This document shows positions 23,056-34,100 of a DNA stretch of 64,000 bases, one piece after another. This DNA comes from Anthoceros angustus (Eukaryota > Plantae > Anthocerotophyta). Position 1 is the stretch's first letter. Each line of letters opens with the position of its first letter. Location of the stretch: assembly GCA_010909165.1 (NCBI GenBank), contig MU008155.1, positions 1,550,001 through 1,614,000 on the forward strand, written 5' to 3'. Below the pieces are notes generated by a model. That model did no database searches, was not told where the DNA came from, and worked only from the letters and a program-made list of their open reading frames with translations. The position numbers and the translations under genes are program-made.

Positions 23056-25666
23056 ATGCGAGTTATGGCCGGTGCCGCAATTCCCGGGGCAGCTAGGTGG
23101 GAGTGCGCGTCGTCGGCTGAGGTCGGCTGTAGCAGCCCTTCGTCGTACAGCAGGTCGAGGCGGGGTGGTGTGGATCTACACAGACTGCCGCCCGGGCCTG
23201 GTAGGGCCGATGCCCGGGGCCACCCATCTTTCCCTGGGTGGCTGGCTGCCAATGCGGGGAGGGCGGTTTCTCTTGTGCCTGGCGGCGGGGGGCGGAAATG
23301 GATGAGCAGTCAAGGTTGTGTGGCGGGGGCGGGCAAGGTTTCGCAGGCTTCTACGCAGCAGAGGAAAAAGGATAGCATATTTGACGTGGAAGACCCCAGG
23401 GCTGCAGTGCCTCCCAGTCAAGCGTGGGAGCTCTTGCGGCAGGATGTGTTGTATTTGGACTGGAGGGCTCGGCAAGATGTCCTGGCCATCAAGGCTGCGC
23501 ATGACAAGGTCCGGCACCTGTCTTAAGTTGCGGTGCTGGCGGTGATGGAGAGTTTGGATGCCAGGGTTTTTTGTGGGTTGTGATGGAAGGTGTGGTGACG
23601 CGATGGGTCTGTTATGTTGTTGAACCTTGACAGGTCGTTGAAGTTTTGAATCCACTAGCTCGTGAACAGAAGTCAGTGGAGACCATGCGGCAGCAGCTGG
23701 CTGTTCTGCAAGAGGAGTTGGGCAGGGCACACGCTCAGGTATTTCATTATGCGTAGTGTTGTGTTTGTGCATCACTCAGTATCGTTTGTGATCGTTTGCT
23801 CTTGTTTCACAGTGAGTTGTAGATGATGTTGTCGCCAGCTCATTGAGGTTTGTCGGTTTGCAGGTTCACCTCTCTGAGGCTCGTGTGGAGCACACTCTGC
23901 AGAAGCTCGCTGATATGGAGGCGGCTCTTAACGATAAACTCCTGAAGTTGAATGTTTCAGACAACAAGCCCTCGAATCCAACAACAGAGGTTCCTGCTCA
24001 AGATGTTGCATCCCAACCACAAGCAACAGCTGCACCTGTAAAGAAAAAAGGGCTGGATATCTCTGGACCTGTTGCTCCCTATCCGTCTTGGTTGAAGAAC
24101 TTTTGGTATCCTGTTGCATTTTCGGCCGACATCAATGAAAGTACTTTGGTAACTTCCTGCTCCCTGTCTCGTTCGGTGCCATACCACTTGCATGTGAGTG
24201 CGTACGGTAGTTTGACGACTGCTCTTTTACATCCAAGGATATTCTGATGTAGCCTTCTGATCTTTACCCGAATGCATGGTGCTAGGTTCCCATTGAAAGC
24301 TTTGAGGAGCCTTGGGTTCTTTTTCGTGGCAAGGATGGGAAGCCTGGTTGTGTGCGCGACGAATGTGCCCACAGGGCATGTCCACTCTCACTTGGCTCAG
24401 TACAAGATGGTCGCATAGCGTGTCCCTACCATGGTGAGGACTTTTTGGTGGTCGCTGAACGTGAAAGGTGGTGAAAGGAAGGGTGTGGCATGCCTGTAGT
24501 TTTGGTTGTTTGAGATGTTGCAACTTTGTTTGAGATCAGTTTTTGTCTCGGCTGGGAGTGTGACACAAACTGATCTCTGATATCCAGGATGGGAGTATTC
24601 AACAAGTGGCACTTGTGAGAAAATGCCCTCGACAAAGTTTGTGGCCACAAGCATAAGGTCTTTGCCGTGCATCGAACAGGATGGTATGGTGTGGATTTGG
24701 CCTGGAAATGAGACACCAGAAAGTACGCTACCACCTCTGATGCCTCCTGAAGGGTACACGATTCATGCAGAGGTGCGTTGTTCGCCAATGGGCACAGCAT
24801 ATGCCGTGGATTCCTTGCTACATGTTTTCTAAACTGTTGATTGTTGCACAGATTGTCTTGGAGCTGCCTGTGGAGCACGGCCTTCTAGTGGAGAACCTAC
24901 TCGACTTGGCACATGCGCCTTTCACGCACACTACTACATTTGCCAAGGGCTGGTCAGTCCCTAGGTGCGGTGAATCGATCTCCATCATGGATCTGTTATA
25001 ATTTTGTTGCTGGTTCTGCCTGACTATACCCTACTGTCCTGAAAGGTTTTGGATCAGCAGCCTCGGTCTTACTTCGTATTCTGTTTACTCCTCGCTTGTT
25101 CACAGCTCAGTGAATTTTATGACAACGGTGGATGCACTTCGCGGTTACTGGGACCCCTATCCAATTGACATGGCATTTCAGCCTCCATGTATGGTGCTCT
25201 CTACCATTGGGCTCGCCAAGCCCGGTCAGCTGGATGGCACGAGTGCAGCGCTGTGCCAAAAGCACCTCCACCAACTGCATGTGTGCATGCCATCGTCCAG
25301 AGGCAAGACCAGACTCCTATATCGAATGGCTTTGGATTTTGCAAGCTGGGCAAAACATGTACCGTTCATCCATCGGCTTTGGGAGCACCTAGCAAACCAG
25401 GTGACTTGTCGTCACTTGCACCCTGCATTCGCTGACGTGGGTCAAAGTGTGCACCGCCTTTGCCCTGACTGGTGCCCAGTATGCTTTTCGCTGAACAGGT
25501 CCTCGCCGAAGACCTAAGGTTAGTCGAAGGCCAGCAGGACCGGATGTATCGGGGTGGAAACGTATGGAATCAACCAGTGGCGTATGACAAGCTGGGCGTG
25601 CGATATCGGAGATGGAGGAACGCCGTGGAAGCCGGGAATCCGAAGCTTCCGTTTGGTGGCAGGTGA
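23056..25666 (+). CDS. CAO: Chlorophyllide a oxygenase, chloroplastic, multi-exon
   Basis: Transit-peptide-like N-terminus, [28 protein letters not shown], Rieske [16 protein letters not shown]|W, mononuclear Fe [38 protein letters not shown]. Stop at 25666. Confidence 0.96.
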
Positions 25667-27348
25667 TGCATGCAGGGGCCGAATCCTACTTCAACCATCG
25701 TCAAGTGACGGACATGACAAGCACCACGGTACTCTTTCCATCACCTCCGGAGAGAACTACATGAATCCCTGCTACAGTGTTTTGAGTATTGTTACTGTGG
25801 GTCGACACCTGGTGCCGCGCGCATTAATTGTCTGTGCTTTGTCTCTTCCTTTTGGAAGGAGCGTACAGGCCTGCAGTTTGCCTGTACAGTTGTATCATCT
25901 GCCGTAGTCTGCAGTTTGTAGCCCGCCCATGTTCTTTGGCAGCACCTTGAAGTCCCTGGTTTTCCCAAATCGCTTTGAGTGTAACAAGAGTGGTCGGCAC
26001 CCATTTCAGCCACTGTTCATAGAAACCAAAATTGCTCCCTGGACAGGTTGTTGTCGTGACACGCCAGTACCACTGCAGACAGTGATGTGGTGTGACTACC
26101 AAAAGGTCCTGTTCCAGGGTTCAAAATATTGACAAATATTACGCCGCACATGCAAGCAGGCTTCAAGATGTCGTCTTACGTATGTATGTACTGGGAAAAG
26201 CTTCAGACGCTTTTGGATGCGGTGTAATAAAGTATCGTTGGGAAAAGTGGGTGACAATGTACATGTCGTATCATCACCCACGAGTCAACGCTTCTCATCA
26301 GGCGGCACAAGGCAGCCGGAGCCTCTCAGTTCCACCTTCTTTTACGGTGCAAGCAGACGAGGAAGCAAAAGAGACACGAGATACTTCTGCACGCTTCCAC
26401 ACAAAGCTGTCTGGATAAATGCAGCACGACCGTGTCCACTTTTTACCAACTCGTTCATCTGTCTATTCGCGTGAGAGACACAGGCATAACATCTCTTCTT
26501 AAACCTTCAGTGCAAGAAGCCTGCCACGAAGTGGAGCTTGGCCAGCCACAGATTGTACACCCCGCGTGCATAACATATCAGAAACCCCCACAACTTTCGA
26601 AATTCATTTCTTTCAGCCTACGGAGCCAACATCTCGATCTAAAACGATCGAATGATCGAGACACGGAATTTGAAGTGGGTCTTTTGGAAGTGTAATGTAC
26701 GTTCAACGAAGCTTCGGTGCTATCGCGCACCTGGCACAAGCGTAGGGAGCCGACACAACCCAGCTTCCCAGACATGAAAGAGAATTCTAAATTTGTGTGA
26801 CTACATCGATACCGCTATTGCCGACCAAATCTCTGATCGGTCCAATTCATCAAGAGACGTGATTGGCACAAATTACTTGGGCTACCTTACCTTTCGTGAC
26901 GATCTCAAAGCCTTGCACCACAGCTATGCCTTCTACACCTGGAAAACGACCCGAGGTCAGCTATCGCAGCGGGCTCCCAGACACTCCGTAGACAGCGCGG
27001 AATTCACGTGAGCATAACGGGCAGACGCAGTAGTGCCTAGGAGCCCGCAACGATTCTTGACCGCGTGTCGCAGTATCCACTTCGATCAACAGGTCTGCCC
27101 AGTCCATAACAGCACAAGATCTCCACATTCACCTGCAGCAGGGCGGAAGATCACACAGAGCATTAATCAGATCCTGCCAATGCCGGATCGGCCCGTCACT
27201 CATTATCCATCCAGATTGGAAATGATTCCTGGAAGCTAACCGACTCAGTATGCGCCACTGGCGGCTGCGGACTGCTCACCACGAAGTACATACGTATCAC
27301 GGAGAGCGCAGGAAGGAATTAACGAAGCAGTCGTGAATGCACACACAA

Positions 27349-27463
27349 CACGGCGCGAGAAGAGAGGGGGCACAGCCCTATAGAATTCGGCCTTCCCACA
27401 AGCTTCCGCAGCGTCAGGAAACAGGACAGCAAGGGGCTGTGCTCTCTCTCTTCTCACTCCATG
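27349..27463 (-). ncRNA. MIR529: MIR529 (miR156/529 family) precursor hairpin; miR529-5p at 27434-27454, star arm ~27358-27378
   Basis: The minus-strand 5' arm AGAAGAGAGAGAGCACAGCCC is the known miR529-type sequence. It pairs with the 3' arm GGGCTGTGCCCCCTCTCTTCT, and the lower stem extends (CAUGGAGUG/CGCGCCGUG, one mismatch). Loop is ~55 nt. Confidence 0.9.
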
Positions 27464-30132
27464 TTCGGTGGAGGTCGTCTCAAATTCATGGGCGTGCCAA
27501 AAAAAAAACTTGGCAGCTCATAGAACTATGCAGTAGCAACAGGGAGAAGCATGCCATGCAACAAGAAACCACACAAAGTGCATGCCCCCGACGCAGTGAG
27601 TTCACAGAACAAGGCGCACCTCACATGCCACAGCCTGCAACGACGCAATCCCGGACGGCAGCCAAGGATCCTGAATCACGTTCACCTAACACGCAAGACT
27701 CCAAAATCTCCGGCAGGACACAGGACGGGAAAGGAATCAGATAGAAGGCCAAGTACCAGGAAGCGCTAGCAGCGTGTCGACCGCATGCGCAGCACTCCGA
27801 GCTCCGCCGAGGCAAATACAGGAGAAGAAGCGGGATCGGAGGGACTTAAGAAGGCCTCCAAGGAGAGAGGCAGGAGAGGAAGGCCCAACCAGAGGTCCGT
27901 CCAGTGGGCGGGAGATTCTCGATGAAGTCCATCGGGCGGACCAAACAACGAGACAATTGGGTAGAAACCAAGACCACTGTGGCTCTGCGCGTTGCAGCAG
28001 GCTGCAGGAGCAGCAGTGCGGGTACAGCGGGCAAGCAGGGCAGAGATCGAGGAGCGGCTGACCGGGAACGTCCAACAGTCGCAATAACCTACATCCACGA
28101 TATACAAACATCGGCAGGAACAGGACGAAGGACAGGACGAGGAACAGGACATTCACGGCGCTTGCAAACGACTTCACAGAACCCCAAGCAACAACTGGCG
28201 CTGATCAATAAGAGCGCACGCAGCGCATGCAGCAACAACCGACGGCGAGCGCAACAGACCAGCTCACTCCAGTACCCGCACAGGAATCTCTCAATCCACA
28301 GCCACAGGCGCCACGGACAGGGCAGCGGCAGCGACAGCGGCACCAGCGGCCACAGGAACGCAGATGCACAGAGGAATGGAAGAGACGGCACAGTGGTAAG
28401 AAGAGGCGCAGCCGGGGAGGCGCGTCAGAGAGAGAAAGAGAGAGCGCGGCAGGCGGGCCGGGCCCGGCCCGGCAGGGCAGGGAGAAGAGAGAGAAAGAGG
28501 GGGCGGATGGCGTCCGTATTGGGCAACCCAAGTTCCACGATATGCTCTGTCGCCGAACACGGTAACCCGCTCCCGTGGGGAAGGGCGCCGCGGCCACCGG
28601 CTCCAAGCGGTGCCGCCTGTTTTTACCTGGATTTATGTGCACTGTACCGCTTCAGCACGGCCTTGTATGTTCATGAAAAGCGCCGCACAATCACGGGTCC
28701 CCGGCGGTCGGCGGTGAAAAAGGGAAGCCCCTCCGAAGCAGCCGGTGGGGCACCCACCAACTGCGCGCAGCCGGACCGCCACCCACTTCCTTTCCATTTC
28801 GTTGCTGCGGGCCCCACACTAAGGAATAACGGCTCTCCCTCTCTCAAGTCGCGTTCCGTCACCAACGGTGTGGACACTGCGTGCCCTATGAACTAGTAGG
28901 TCTCTGGCGTCTTGGATCTGTTTATCTCGAAGTTCACAATGCCAGGATTGCAACGCATACAGTCGGCCCTCTCTAATTGGGAATTCTATAAACGGAATCC
29001 CTCTCCTTTCGCGTCCACCTCACGCCACCCTTATAATTAGCCGCGCAATATTGCCCTAGCTGCATCACAAAAATATTAATCACCGTGGATACACCATCCA
29101 CCGACAAGCATCCGGCCCATTATTAGCCTTCCCGTAACCACAGACCTAGGCCGGCAATGGAATTGGCCATGGCTCCCCCATACAGGTTTTTTCGGTGAAA
29201 CGGCTCCAGATATATTCGGTGAAAAAGAAAATCCAGTTAGAGGCTAGAAACAAGAGGGAAGAAGTGGAGTGCCTTAGAGTGCAACACCTTATTTGGTACA
29301 TCAGCTTGAGGGAAGAAGAATAAGAAGAAGAATTTAATTTGTAAACTTATAATTCGCGGAAGAAGAATTTAATTCGCATTCAAAACTTGTAAAGATCTAC
29401 CGGATCCTTAACTTATAGGTAATAATCTTCATCAACGACCAAGTGAAGATGATATACACTCATAGAAACAAAATTGACGAACTACTACTCCCCCTGCACT
29501 CTAGACAGCCTAATCCACTGCATGATGAGATACGTTAAAATTAAAAACGTTAAGTAATCCAAATAACATACTTTAGAAACAAAGATACGTACGTGTTGCA
29601 AGCAGTTGGCACAAATCCTGAAACGAGCGCTCTGGAGCCGCCGTTTGCATGGGCTTCTAATTTCTTATTATCACGGAGCCCTCCAGCATCGCATCCAGCA
29701 CTGAAATATGGGTTTTGGCTCCAATGCAGCCCTTTATATCTGTACGCAAGGGTTTGGAGAGAGAGCTGACTATCAAAAACTAGAAACTCAATGTCCATGT
29801 ATGTGTCATTGTGGCACTTATAGGGGTAACTTGATGAACCTTCATCCTAGTTTTCTTCCATGCCTCCTAATCCTGTTGTCCACACATACTAGTCCTTCTA
29901 ATTGTATTTTAGTAAGTAACATAAAATTGCATAGTAACATAGTCGATTGGCATAGAAGCAAAATACTTCTTAAATGCTTGCATTTGCTAGGAAACTGTTC
30001 CATCAACCGTGTTAGAAAACAAGGCGATGGACTTAATATCTCTATTTCAGCTAGTGAACATATGAAAGTATGCTTGATACGAATTGGTGGATCATTACAT
30101 GGCAAACAAAATACATATAACATGTAAGGCAT

Positions 30133-30337
30133 TATTAGAATGGCCATTACCTATTTCAGACACTAACCCAATAACGTTTTGTAATTAAGTTAGGTTAAAA
30201 CGGTTACAACTCGCTCTTTGTTGATATGCTTCTTTGAACCTCAATGTAGTTATCTTTTACGTCTACGCTTGTGCACCTTCGTGCTTTTCGATCATGATGC
30301 TGTCTATGATCAGGCTGGCCACGCCATAACCTCTATA
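30133..30337 (+). repeat. 5' LTR of the Copia element
   Basis: TATTAGAATG...CCTCTATA, followed directly by the PBS. It differs from the 3' LTR at 5 of 205 positions by manual alignment. Confidence 0.95.
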
Positions 30338-30692
30338 TGGTATCAGAGCAACATGGACCGCGTACGGATCCCACACGGTATGAGGTCTGCCCCATCAACT
30401 TGGATGGCAGCAGCATTTGCCGTAGGAGGCACTGAAAACCCAAGGCGATCTGCATACTCGGTGATCACAAGGATCAGATCCTTGGGGGCAGCAATTAGAC
30501 GCATGTTTCAATTACATTAGCAACATGGATCATGTTGCAACGCCGCGTCCAGTCTTGACAGCACCTCCATTGAGTATCCCTTGGAAGGAGGAAGAAAAAC
30601 AGCTTTATTTCACCCTGCGCAAGCAATTCTGGCAAGCTTTGAGCAAGTGGGAGCGTAATCAGAAACGCAGGCAGCATAATTGATGCTGCACC

Positions 30693-31199
30693 ATGACAAG
30701 GAACAGGAACAGAGATAGGTTCTCAAGAGATTATGATTCACTTTCTCCTAAACAGTATCGTACTTGCAGCCGCTGTAATTGTTGCTATGAACATCGTGTA
30801 GAAGACCGCCATGTGTCCCGCCGTCCTGCATCTACACAGCACCTCACATCACAACAAAACAACATAGCAATTAGACACTTGAACATTACGGTAGGCATCC
30901 TAAAGCACCAAGCACACATAGCTCAGCAGAAATATAGGAAAGATCAGATACAGCTACAAAAGCAAATAGGTATTTTGACAAAGAAGTTGTCACACGTTAC
31001 CATGCAATCTGATCCTCTTGAAAACTACAATATGATTTCTAAGATGTTTGACAGACCTGTTGTTTCTGCTGCTCCAAAGCCTGACATTTCTCATTGTAAT
31101 CCATCAGTTGGTTTGATTATAGTACCTGAGCCAACAGATCAGATATTAGGGTCCTTAGCCACAATGTTCGGTCATGGTTCAGAGTCCTCAATTCTCTAG
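30693..31199 (+). CDS. Extra ORF (168 aa) in the Copia leader, upstream of gag; unknown function
   Basis: ATG-initiated open frame with a Cys/His cluster (CSRCNCCYEH) and a Q/K-rich predicted coiled coil. It lies between the PBS and gag. Confidence 0.5.
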   Translation: MTRNRNRDRFSRDYDSLSPKQYRTCSRCNCCYEHRVEDRHVSRRPASTQHLTSQQNNIAIRHLNITVGILKHQAHIAQQKYRKDQIQLQKQIGILTKKLSHVTMQSDPLENYNMISKMFDRPVVSAAPKPDISHCNPSVGLIIVPEPTDQILGSLATMFGHGSESSIL

Positions 31200-34100
31200 A
31201 AATGTTAGATAGGTTATGTAGTGCCCTGGAAGAACATTAGGGATTTTGGCAAAATCACAAAACTATGTCCATAGTTGCGAAATTCTGCTGAAACCCCCAC
31301 TGTCCCTCCTGTACACACATTTGTTAGTACCATAGCTACATGTGGTCAACTCCACATAGATATCTCAGAGCGCCTCGTCATACATACACACCTCTTCCAC
31401 CTCAAATCATGGGGACCAACCTACCAGTAGGCAACACAACCATTAATAACAACACCACAAACACTTTCAAACTGGATATGAAAGACAAGGACCGGTTTAA
31501 TGGTTCAGATTACCCAATCTGGGATCTTCGAATGGAGGCAATCTTCGAGGAGCATGATCTTATGGATGTTGTGACCGAAAAGAGCACAAGTCCAGCATTA
31601 GCAAACCCTAAAGGCACAGATGCTGAAATTAAGGCTTGGGAAAGGCAGGACAAAAGAGCACGTAGTATAATCCTATCAGCTCTCGATAGGAACATGATTC
31701 AACACACTCAAGGGCAGACCACGTCTGCAGCAGTCTGGAGTTTATTTAAGGACATGTTCGCAGCAAAGGACGGAATGTCGCTTATTAATGCAACCAGACA
31801 ACTCTATGGCCTTCGTATGAAGGAAAGTGATAGTGTGGAGCATCACTTACATAAATTTCGCAGCTTGCGTGCTAAGCTTGCCTCAGGCGGTGATGTCTCA
31901 TTCCCTATGAAAGATGGGACACACATCACATCCTCGCCACATAGCTACAGAGCATTTGTCACCACTTAAACCAATTTTGCAAACCAGGCAGGTGCTAATA
32001 TCACCTTTTCACAAGTTGTTGGTGCACTGCTAGAGGAGGAATCCAGCAGAGTTGCTACTGGATGAGGTCAGCAGCAACATAGTTCACATGTCCTCTACAC
32101 CCAACGTGGACGTGGGAGAGGACGTGGTCGAGGAAGGGGAAGACCCTATCCTGCACCAACATCTTATATACCTGGACAGAAAAAGAAGGGCAACTGTCAC
32201 TGGTGCAGAATTCCAGGTCATTTTGAAAATGAGTGTAGAAAGAAGCGGGCTGGAAAGCCTCACCGTGAAGCATTACCTGATGCTGAGACGAATATGGTGA
32301 CTCGTGGACAGAGCAGCTCTTCATAGACTGCCTCCAAGCCACCTACCATCCTCGCTGTATGTTTATCTCTTACACAAGCAGATACAAATATGTGGTTTTT
32401 GGACTCCGGTGCCACTCACCATATCTGTCTATCTAAAGACAAATTTATTAATTACAAGCCAGCACCAACTAGTCAATTCGTGCTACTTGGAGACGACAGC
32501 GGACTTGCAATTGCTGGATATGGTGATGTCTCATTCCCTATGAAAGATGGGACACACATCACACTGCTGGGTGTCCTACATGTACCTAGCTTGAAGAAAA
32601 ATTTACTGTCAATCATGAAACTTGTTATAGACCACGACCTGCAAGTATGTTTCACACCAAGTGGCTGTATAGTGACATCTACACATGATCATTCACTCAT
32701 ATTGGGAGAAGGAATCACTTACCATTCAGTCATATTGGGAGAAGGAATCACTTACAATGACCTTTATCATTTTGAGAGTACAGCTAATTATGCATATGCG
32801 CTAGTGACCGATGCAAAGAGTGATGCAAACAAGACTTCTCTTTGGCATCATCGTCTCTGCCATCCTAGCATGTTTGGTGACGATGGTGGAGAAAATAAAT
32901 ATGGCAGTAATGGCTCCATTCATCAAGGAATAGCAGAAAATAAATTGCCCCACCGAACGATGCCGTCGACATCGGGCCACAAATGTCAGTGTGCACCACA
33001 TCTAACAGCCTAGTAGCCTTTGTAGGTTCAGGATCATTGTATGGCTTTTGTGCCATCTTGCCAACTTGGCAGTCTTCACAGAAAATGTGATCATTCACTC
33101 ATATTGGGAGAAGGAATCACTTACAAGCCACCTACCATCCTTGTACAATTCTAGTTTGCTAACAACTTGACGTATGTAAGTTTCTAGACTATGTACAACT
33201 AGCGGAGACTCAAACTGGCTGCATCCTTAAGAAACTAAGAAGTGACAATGCTAAAGAATACCTCAGTCAGGACTTCCAATCATATTGTTGATAGAAGGGC
33301 ATTCTTCACCAACTAACGGTACCTATCATCCTGCACAAAACTCGTATGTTGAGAGATACAATCGCACTTTGCAAGAACGTTGCAGAGCTACTCTTTCATC
33401 AGCAGGACTTACAAGGGGATACTGGGCAGAAGGTGTAGACGCTGTTAATTATAGAACAGGCTGCCTGTAAAGCCACTCTTCAGCTATACACCCTTTGAGC
33501 GGTGGACTGGGCACAAACCTAGGATCAGCCATTTACGCATTTTTGGCGCAGCAGCCTATACATATACACCAGCGGAGAAATGAGGTAAGATGGATAATCG
33601 AGCTACAAAACATATTTTTGTTGGTTATTCTGAACAGTCAAAGGACTACAAGCTGTATAGTCCACATACAAGGCAACTTACCCTAGCTAGAAGTGTGAGT
33701 TTTAACGAGAGCTTCATCATTGCCTCTCATCTTCAGTCTGTTACAAGCCATAAGCCCTTGTCAGAACCTTCAATCTATGGTCATACTCCACAACAACACT
33801 TAGAAGAAGACGAAGTAGACATAGATATTTCGCTTTTCCTTTAGAGTTCCTCGACAACTCACCGCCTCAGCACCATTAGGGCCAGTATACCAACAGCAGC
33901 CTTTGCCCGCAGCACCTCCTTTACCAGACCCTGCAGATGTCCTGGATGATCCTCCAGAGATTGAGCCTCCAGCAAATGATCCTGCAGAGTTAGATGAAAA
34001 TCCTCAACCAGAAGAACATGAACAATTAGCAGTAGATGAACAGGAGTTACCTTTACCTCGTAGATCAACTAGGACCCATCGCCCTAGGTCTGAATGGCTT

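Noticed and set aside
142-25666. Biosynthetic gene cluster or operon-like photosynthesis cluster (P450s, CAO, RAF1)
   Set aside because: No scaffold enzyme or tailoring diversity. CAO and RAF1 are 16 kb apart and separated by TEs, so the adjacency is unremarkable in a compact genome.
27904-28896. 330-aa plus-strand ORF
   Set aside because: Antisense to the CT-rich MIR529 leader; low complexity, no domain.
29100-29310. Possible solo LTR ending ...CAACA followed by TTTGGTACATCAGC
   Set aside because: The PBS is imperfect, and there is no second copy, TSD or downstream coding domain.
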